A stretch of DNA of 64,000 nt from a bacterium (lineage in GTDB: Bacteria; Electryoneota; AABM5-125-24; Hatepunaeales; Hatepunaeaceae). Below the pieces are notes generated by a model, which saw only the letters and a list, made by a program, of their open reading frames with translations, searched no databases and had not been told where the DNA came from. This document shows, piece by piece, positions 57,793 to 64,000 of this stretch (position 1 is its first letter; each line of letters starts with the position of its first letter). Position numbers and translations under genes: made by a program. Where the stretch lies: contig JALGVR010000001.1 of NCBI GenBank assembly GCA_025774605.1, positions 2,634-66,633 of the forward strand, given 5' to 3'.

Positions 57793-57808
57793 TGGCACAG
57801 GTATTGCT
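57793..57808 (+). promoter_or_regulatory. Sigma-54 (-24/-12) promoter TGGCAC-aggta-TTGC, about 33 bp upstream of flgB.
   Basis: Exact match to the TGGCAC-N5-TTGC consensus. The cognate bEBP gene is immediately upstream. Confidence 0.7.
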
Positions 57809-57840
57809 CAGATCTTCATGTCATCTCATTGGGGAAATTT

Positions 57841-58248
57841 ATGCTTAAAGACAGGCTTTTCGGTGCGACGGAACTGCCGCTGCTGCGATTGGGGCTGGAC
57901 GCCTACGCGCTCCGCCAGCGGGCGATCTCTGACAATGTAGCCAATGCAGAGACCTTCGGCTACCAGCGTAAACAGGTGAAGTTCGAGGAGAAGCTGGAGA
58001 AGTTATTAAACGCCCGGGATCTTCGACGTACACACGAACAACACCTGTTTAATCTGGTCAATGATATGAGAGAACTGGTGCCGGAGCTGGAGATCGATCC
58101 CACCCTCTCGGACGTCAACGACCTGAGCAATGTGGATATAGACCGGGAGATGTCCGATATGGCGAAGAACCATCTCCAGTTCACTTATGCCGGACACATG
58201 GCGAGGATGTTTTACGAGTTGCTGAACACCAGTATAAAGGGCGTCTGA
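57841..58248 (+). CDS. flgB: Flagellar basal-body rod protein FlgB.
   Basis: 135 aa. N-terminal rod motif (LRQRAISDNVANAET.GY). It starts the flgB-flgC-fliE array. Confidence 0.85.
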   Translation: MLKDRLFGATELPLLRLGLDAYALRQRAISDNVANAETFGYQRKQVKFEEKLEKLLNARDLRRTHEQHLFNLVNDMRELVPELEIDPTLSDVNDLSNVDIDREMSDMAKNHLQFTYAGHMARMFYELLNTSIKGV

Positions 58249-58249
58249 C

Positions 58250-58750
58250 ATGTACGATAACCGGATCAGGGGACTGTTTGACGCTCTGAAGATCAGCGCC
58301 AGCGGACTGGCGGCACAGCGTCGCAGGCTTAACGCCGTCGCCGAGAACCTCGCCAACATACACACGACAAACACTCCCGAAGGTGGGCCCTACCGACGCA
58401 AGATCACCCGTTTGACGGAGATAAACAGGCGGACCGCCTTCTCGAACAGCCTGGCGCGGGAGCGGCTGATGCTCGCCACGCCGCGCATCGGTCATCTGGA
58501 GCCTCAAGCGGAAGTCAAGGGCTGGCGCTTCTCCGGGGTGGAAGCCGCTCAAGTCCGGGACAATTCCGATCCGATAACGGTCTATGACCCCACCCATCCG
58601 GACGCCGACGAGTTCGGGTATGTCAGGATGCCGAATATCAACGTGGTCACGGAAATGGTCGACATGATCGCCGCACAGCGCGCCTATGAGGCGAACGTGA
58701 CCGCGATCAAGACCACCAAGGATATGGCGCTTAAAGCGCTGGAGATCTGA
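58250..58750 (+). CDS. flgC: Flagellar basal-body rod protein FlgC.
   Basis: SASGLAAQRRRLNAVAENLANIHTT...GPYRRK and the C-terminal rod-family motif (MVDMIAAQRAYEAN). Confidence 0.85.
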   Translation: MYDNRIRGLFDALKISASGLAAQRRRLNAVAENLANIHTTNTPEGGPYRRKITRLTEINRRTAFSNSLARERLMLATPRIGHLEPQAEVKGWRFSGVEAAQVRDNSDPITVYDPTHPDADEFGYVRMPNINVVTEMVDMIAAQRAYEANVTAIKTTKDMALKALEI

Positions 58751-58751
58751 C

Positions 58752-58946
58752 ATGAGTGAAGCTGTTGAAGGTGTCAATCATATCTCGCAGGGCGTGAGCA
58801 ATCCCCGGCGCCTCCTGCTCGAAAAACAACTCGACCTGGCGATCCAGAACGCCCAGAAACGTTACCTGAAGGTGGAGGGGCTTAAGTTTGAGAAGAAACA
58901 CCCCAGCCCGCCTCACCTCGGTGGCAGGGTGGATATTTTAGCCTGA
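58752..58946 (+). CDS. Small hypothetical ORF (64 aa) wedged between flgC and fliE.
   Basis: Its ATG is 2 nt after the flgC stop, with a GGAG SD. No recognisable family. Coding status is uncertain. Confidence 0.3.
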   Translation: MSEAVEGVNHISQGVSNPRRLLLEKQLDLAIQNAQKRYLKVEGLKFEKKHPSPPHLGGRVDILA

Positions 58947-59009
58947 ATTTACCGCAGGAGCGCTGTACTTTTTCCAAAATAATATGGCAACACAACCAAT
59001 TGATTTACT

Positions 59010-59333
59010 ATGAATAACGGAATAGACAAACTCCCTGACGGGCTTAAACTCCCTGATGGGCTCAGACCGTCAACGGAGCCGTTTCGCACCCCGCCGGGGC
59101 GTCCGGTCGAGCGGCCATCGTTCAAGAAGGTAATAGGAGAACTGGTCAAGGATGTGGACAGCCTCCACAAGAGCGCGGAAAAAGCCACCGAAATGCTGGT
59201 TACCGGAGAACTGGAGGACGTTCACCAGGTGGTGGTGGCTATGGAAGAGGCGCAGATCAGTTTTCGCCTGATGATGGAGATGCGCAACAAGATGGTCGAG
59301 GCGTATAAGGAACTAATGAAGATGCAGGTTTAA
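59010..59333 (+). CDS. fliE: Flagellar hook-basal body complex protein FliE.
   Basis: 107 aa. The C-terminal FliE motif (...VVVAMEEAQISFRLMMEMRNKMVEAYKELM). Confidence 0.8.
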   Translation: MNNGIDKLPDGLKLPDGLRPSTEPFRTPPGRPVERPSFKKVIGELVKDVDSLHKSAEKATEMLVTGELEDVHQVVVAMEEAQISFRLMMEMRNKMVEAYKELMKMQV

Positions 59334-59335
59334 TC

Positions 59336-60883
59336 ATGCTGGGGCTCCTTCGCCAGATCACGGGATATCTCGGTGACCTGTTCAACCGCTTTACGCCTGA
59401 GCGCCGCATGGCCATGGTGATGCTTTTCCTGGCTGTCATGGGCGTCAGCGCTGCCCTGTTGTACTGGGCTTTCAAACCGCAGTACAAGGTTCTTTATTCT
59501 GATCTGTCGCTGGACGACTCCGCCGAGATCGTCAAGGTTCTCGACGAGGAGAATATCCCCTACCGCGTCGAGCTGGAAGGCAGGCGGATACTGGTTACGG
59601 CCGGCAAGGTTTACGATGCCCGTTTGAAGCTTGCCGCGGAGCAACTCCCCGCTAAAAAGGGAACCGGTTGGGAGATCTTCGATAAACCCAGCCTCGGCGT
59701 TACGGATTTCGTACAGAAGCTTAACTTCAGACGCGGGCTGGAAGGGGAGCTCGCCAGAACGATTCTGCAGCTCGAACCGGTTGAAGCCGTGAGGGTTCAC
59801 CTTGCCATACCGGAGGAGAGCCTGTTCCGCGAAACGCAGAAGGAGGCGATGGCTTCCGTGACCCTGCGCCTTAAAAGGAACAAGGAGTTGGCGCCGGCTC
59901 AGGTGGAGGGCATCACCTACATGGTCGCCTCTTCAGTGGAGGGACTGAAGACCAGCAACGTGACGGTGATCGACAACAACGGCTACGTGTTGTCGGAGCA
60001 AAAGGAATCCAACCGGTTGATGCGGCTGACCGCAAATCAACTTCAACTGCAGAACCAGCTTGAGGAGAAGCTGAGGAAAAAGGGTCAGGACCTGCTTGAT
60101 AAACAGTTCGGACCGGGCAGATCCGCCGTCCAGGTATCAACCGCGCTCGATTTCCAGACGGAGGAGAAGACGCGCGAACTCTATGACGCGGACAATCCCG
60201 CTGTCAGGTCGGAGGAGATCACCTCCTCAACCTCCGTGGGCAGTGATACGTCCTCCAACAGTTCCGAAACCAACGTGACGAACTATGAATTGAACATGAC
60301 CCGGGAACATATCGTCAGACCGGTTGGTGAAATAAAACGGATGACGGTGGCCGTTATGGTCGACGGGAAATATGTGGAAGCGACCAATCCCGAGTCGGGT
60401 GAGACATCACGCCAGTTTGAACCGCTTTCCGCGGACAAACTCGATGAGATCGGCTCCACCATAAAGATGGCGCTCGGCTTTGATGAGCAGCGGGGCGATG
60501 AGATTACTGTTGTCTCCGTGCCGTTCCAGGAGGTGGAGATGATAGGGGAGGAGATGGTTGCCCCCGATCGCTGGGAGCTCTTCTATCGCTATGGTCAGAA
60601 GATTATAACCCTGATCGCGATACTGTTTCTCCTGTTGCTGGTGCGCAACTTTCTCCGTAAGGCGGAGGAAACGGCGGGGGTGGGGTTCGGCGGGGTGCGC
60701 GCACAGCTTGAACCAGGCATGGAAGGTGAGCTGAGGGAAGCCTTGCCCTCGCACATTGATATTGAAAGGGAACTGACGCCTGAGGCGAAAGAGGATCTGA
60801 TGCTTCAGGAACAGGTTGCCAAATATTCCGCCGAAAACCCGGAAATGGCCGCCAACCTGATCAGGTCATGGTTGATTGATTGA
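59336..60883 (+). CDS. fliF: Flagellar MS-ring protein FliF.
   Basis: 515 aa. An N-terminal TM, YscJ/FliF ring-building motifs, and a second TM near the C-terminus. Confidence 0.85.
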   Translation: MLGLLRQITGYLGDLFNRFTPERRMAMVMLFLAVMGVSAALLYWAFKPQYKVLYSDLSLDDSAEIVKVLDEENIPYRVELEGRRILVTAGKVYDARLKLAAEQLPAKKGTGWEIFDKPSLGVTDFVQKLNFRRGLEGELARTILQLEPVEAVRVHLAIPEESLFRETQKEAMASVTLRLKRNKELAPAQVEGITYMVASSVEGLKTSNVTVIDNNGYVLSEQKESNRLMRLTANQLQLQNQLEEKLRKKGQDLLDKQFGPGRSAVQVSTALDFQTEEKTRELYDADNPAVRSEEITSSTSVGSDTSSNSSETNVTNYELNMTREHIVRPVGEIKRMTVAVMVDGKYVEATNPESGETSRQFEPLSADKLDEIGSTIKMALGFDEQRGDEITVVSVPFQEVEMIGEEMVAPDRWELFYRYGQKIITLIAILFLLLLVRNFLRKAEETAGVGFGGVRAQLEPGMEGELREALPSHIDIERELTPEAKEDLMLQEQVAKYSAENPEMAANLIRSWLID

Positions 60884-60997
60884 ACAGGAGTCCGTTCGGG
60901 AACCTCGTGAAGACCGGGTAATGATCCTCACGGACATCTGATCAGCCGTTGTCGAGGTTGAGGGGACCTCGAAAGGTGAGGAATACAGGACGCCCAA

Positions 60998-62011
60998 ATG
61001 CCCAGACTTACCGTTAAAGAACGTTTAAGCAACCTGCGCAAAGCCGCGATATTCATGATATCGATAGGGCCCGAGGCCGCGGCGCAGATATATAAGCACC
61101 TGTCGGAACAGGATATCGAGAAATTGTCCGGTGAGATCGCCAGGCTCGAGAACGTCGCTGCCAGCGAACTGAGCAATGTAAACGACGAATTTCACAACAT
61201 GATACTGGCGCAACAGTACATTTCAGCCGGTGGACTGAACTATGCTCAGGACATCCTCGTGACGGCGCTCGGCGAAAAGAAGGCCATGGAAATCATCAAA
61301 CGGGTGCAGATGACGCTTGAGGTCAAGGGTTTCAGTGTGCTGGAGGATGTGGACGTCACTCAGCTGCTCGCCTTTCTTCAGAAGGAGCATCCGCAGACCA
61401 TAGCTCTGGTGCTCTCCCAGCTCACGCCTATTCAGGCGGCAAATGTGCTGGCTGAACTGTCGCCGAATATTCAAATTGATGTCATGCACCGAATTGCCCG
61501 CATGGAACGGGTGACGCCGGAGACATTGAATGCGGTCGAGAAGGTGCTGGAAAGCCACATAGACTTCACCCAGGCGACGTCCAAGTTCGGAGGGGTGAAG
61601 CCCGCCGCTGAAATTCTCAACATGGTCGGTCAGCGTTTCGAGAAGAACATACTCTCCGGTATATCCAAGGAGGACGCTGAACTCGCCGGTGAAATCAAGA
61701 ACCTGATGTTTGTCTTCGAGGACATGATCAAGCTGGATGACAGGTCAATCCAGAAGGTGTTGAAGGAGGTCGACAATAAAGAGCTGGCGATGGCGCTGAA
61801 AGCATGCAGCAACGAGCTGAAGGATAAAATCCTGAGGAATATGTCAAAGCGGGCCTCGGAGATGATCCAGGAGGAGATCGAATACATGGGACCGGTTCGC
61901 CTGCGTGAAGTCGAAACTGTTCAACAGCATGTGGTGGATATAATCCGCCGGCTCGAGGAGGAGGGTGAAATCTACGTTTCAGCCGGTTCCGAAGAGGATA
62001 CGCTGGTATGA
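60998..62011 (+). CDS. fliG: Flagellar motor switch protein FliG.
   Basis: 337 aa. FliG N-terminal, middle and C-terminal domains, including charged-ridge helices. Confidence 0.85.
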   Translation: MPRLTVKERLSNLRKAAIFMISIGPEAAAQIYKHLSEQDIEKLSGEIARLENVAASELSNVNDEFHNMILAQQYISAGGLNYAQDILVTALGEKKAMEIIKRVQMTLEVKGFSVLEDVDVTQLLAFLQKEHPQTIALVLSQLTPIQAANVLAELSPNIQIDVMHRIARMERVTPETLNAVEKVLESHIDFTQATSKFGGVKPAAEILNMVGQRFEKNILSGISKEDAELAGEIKNLMFVFEDMIKLDDRSIQKVLKEVDNKELAMALKACSNELKDKILRNMSKRASEMIQEEIEYMGPVRLREVETVQQHVVDIIRRLEEEGEIYVSAGSEEDTLV

Positions 62012-62745
62012 TGAAACCCTCTGTCAGGTCGGCGCGTATTATGCGGGGCGGGTACGTGGCGGATCTCAGGGAAGCGGCAGCGGTGCATGTCGTGGCGGAT
62101 CAACGCGTTAAAGCGATGGAAGCGGAGATCAGAAGCCTGAAGACGACGCTGGAAGAATTCCAGCGGGCGGCGGATCTTAAAACTGCTGAAATTGTCGAGT
62201 CAGAGGTTAAGGTGCGCGCCAAAGCCGCTTATGAAAAGGGATTTGAGGAGGGCAGGAGGCAGGGATTCGACGAGGGGCTGTCCACGGTGAAGGAAGCGGT
62301 GGAAACCGTCCGGAAATTGATCGTTGATATAGAATCGGGGTTGGATGTCGTCTGGAAAAACTGCCGCGATGAAGCGATCAGGCTCACGCTGGCGATCGCG
62401 CGCAAGATAGTCGGGAATGTGTCGGAGCAGAATGATGTGCTGGCCAGGGAGCTGGCGTCGCGCTGCATGGCGCTGGCGAGGGACCAGACGAAAGTCAAGA
62501 TACTCGTCAATCCCCGGGATGTGGAAGTGGTGAGCGCGGCAAAGGCTGAGCTGATGTCGACGGCTGAAGGGGTTAAATCGATAGAGATCGCCGAGCGTGC
62601 ATCGGTCGAACGGGGCGGAGTGATCATTGAGACCGAAGGCGGACAGGTTGACGGACGTCTCAGCGAACAGCTTGACGTGGTGGAAGCCTCACTTAATCCC
62701 GGCTGGAGTCGACCCGATGAGAACGGAAACGGAAATGGAGATTAA
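62008..62745 (+). CDS. fliH: Flagellar assembly protein FliH.
   Basis: Its position between fliG and fliI. The coiled-coil N-terminal half and the FliH/YscL-like C-terminus ([11 protein letters not shown]...[21 protein letters not shown]). Confidence 0.7.
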   Translation: MMKPSVRSARIMRGGYVADLREAAAVHVVADQRVKAMEAEIRSLKTTLEEFQRAADLKTAEIVESEVKVRAKAAYEKGFEEGRRQGFDEGLSTVKEAVETVRKLIVDIESGLDVVWKNCRDEAIRLTLAIARKIVGNVSEQNDVLARELASRCMALARDQTKVKILVNPRDVEVVSAAKAELMSTAEGVKSIEIAERASVERGGVIIETEGGQVDGRLSEQLDVVEASLNPGWSRPDENGNGNGD

Positions 62746-64000
62746 GATGCCGACCGCGATCGGCCGGAATAATCTGCGGGAATGAAGTGCCGCTGAAACC
62801 GCCAGACGTGTCCGGTTGGTTCGCCGATTGTTTCAGGCGGTTGGACAAACTTCAAACCATCCAACTGCGCGGCAAAGTCCATCAGGTTATCGGGCTGGTT
62901 ATCGAATCGATCGGACCGCAGGTGTCGATGGGCGACAGGTGTGTCATCACAAGCCGCCGCAACGGGGATATCCAGGCTGAAGTGGTCGGTTTCCGCGGCA
63001 ACCGCGTCCTGCTCATGCCGCTGGGTGAAATGGAGGGCGTCGGACCCGGAAGTGTTGTAACGGCATCGGACGAACCGTTCACCGTTGGTGTCGGTCAGGG
63101 CTTGCTGGGACGGGTGATAAACGGATTGGGGCAGCCGATCGACGGCAAGGGCGATCTCGAGGGAATCGAGACGCGCCGTCCGATCATCAACAGTCCACCC
63201 GATCCCCTCAGACGAAGTCGCATAAGCCGTTACATGGCGACCGGAATCCGTTCCATCGATTCACTCCTGACATGCGGCAAGGGTCAGAGGTTCGGGATAT
63301 TTTCCGGCAGCGGCATCGGCAAGAGCATCTTGATGGGAATGGTCGCCCGCCATACCGCCGCGGATGTGAACGTCATCGCCCTGATCGGCGAGCGCGGCAG
63401 GGAGGTTCGGGAGTTTCTCGAGAAGGACCTGGGTGAAGCGGGACTCAGGCGTTCGGTGGTCGTCACGGTGACATCCGAACAACCGGCTCTGATCAGGATA
63501 AAGGGCGCATTGGCGGCGACGACGATAGCCGAATACTTCCGCGACCAGGGGTTGGACGTCATGCTGATGATGGATTCTGTGACCAGGTTTGCGATGGCGC
63601 TGCGCGAGGTGGGGCTGGCTGTCGGTGAACCGCCCACCAGCCGCGGTTATACGCCCTCCCTTTTCGCCACACTGCCCAGGCTCCTTGAACGCGCCGGAAC
63701 TTCCGTGCGCGGCAGCATTACCGGGTTGTACACCGTGCTGGTCGAGGGGGACGACATGGCCGAACCGGTGGCGGACGCCGTGCGCTCGATCCTCGATGGG
63801 CATATCGTCCTCTCACGCAAACTGGCGGCTCAGGGTCAATATCCGGCGGTGGATGTTCTGGACAGCGTCAGCCGGGTCATGGTTGACGTGGTGAGCGAGG
63901 ATCATCGCCGGGCGGCGCAAATATTCAAGAGACTTCTGGCAACCTACACCGAAGCTGAAGATCTGATCAATATCGGCGCCTACGAAGAGGGATCCAATCC
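62736..64000 (+). CDS. fliI: Flagellum-specific ATPase FliI (3' end beyond the window). The start overlaps the fliH end.
   Basis: Walker A GSGIGKS, Walker [10 protein letters not shown], and T3SS-ATPase-family collinearity. The ORF is open to the window end. Confidence 0.85.

Noticed and set aside
1-64000. Search for tRNA/rRNA genes, CRISPR arrays, integrase/transposase genes and prophage blocks.
   Set aside because: No cloverleaf-compatible tRNA-like segments were recognised in the intergenic regions inspected (4240-4640, 12430-13200, 48620-48850, 49480-49760). No regularly spaced direct repeats were found, and no integrase/transposase-like ORF. Absence is based on visual inspection only.

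Overview
This window is high-GC (about 60%) and densely coding. Overall it reads as a flagellated, T9SS-bearing, high-GC (possibly FCB-group-like) anaerobe carrying a compact, probably laterally mobile sulfate-reduction island. Its core (about 13.2-42.5 kb) is a contiguous 'supercluster' holding essentially the complete dissimilatory sulfate-reduction pathway plus cofactor supply: hppA-sat-aprBA | two small orphan genes (Zn-ribbon, YkgJ-like) -qmoC-qmoA-qmoB-dsrA-dsrB-dsrD-dsrN-dsrL-dsrC | dsrT-dsrMKJOP | CoADR-rhodanese fusion | hemA | sirC-cobA/hemD. DsrD identifies a reductive-type Dsr; DsrL-like and a Cdr-rhodanese persulfide-reductase-like gene are also present. The 5' end of the window holds a polyamine operon (speH-pdaD-speE-speB with an XRE/cupin regulator), class I FBA, a PflX-like radical SAM, ogt, terC and a 1.2-kDa-scale secreted protein with a T9SS C-terminal sorting domain. 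A small toxin-antitoxin island (hicBA inserted into a duplicated phd/relE module) follows the dsr block. After it come a frameshifted DHOD-like gene, PFOR, recR, csp, a PAS-HisKA protein, a TPR protein, lipA, an Lpd homolog lacking the redox cysteines, and a sigma54 activator. The window ends with a sigma54-promoted flagellar operon (flgB-flgC-fliE-fliF-fliG-fliH-fliI, the last partial). Three families of short palindromic/MITE-like dispersed repeats occupy intergenic regions. No tRNA, rRNA or CRISPR was found. Many long antisense ORFs in the track are GC-driven artefacts. All homology calls are from reading the translated sequence against remembered family signatures; no database search could be run.
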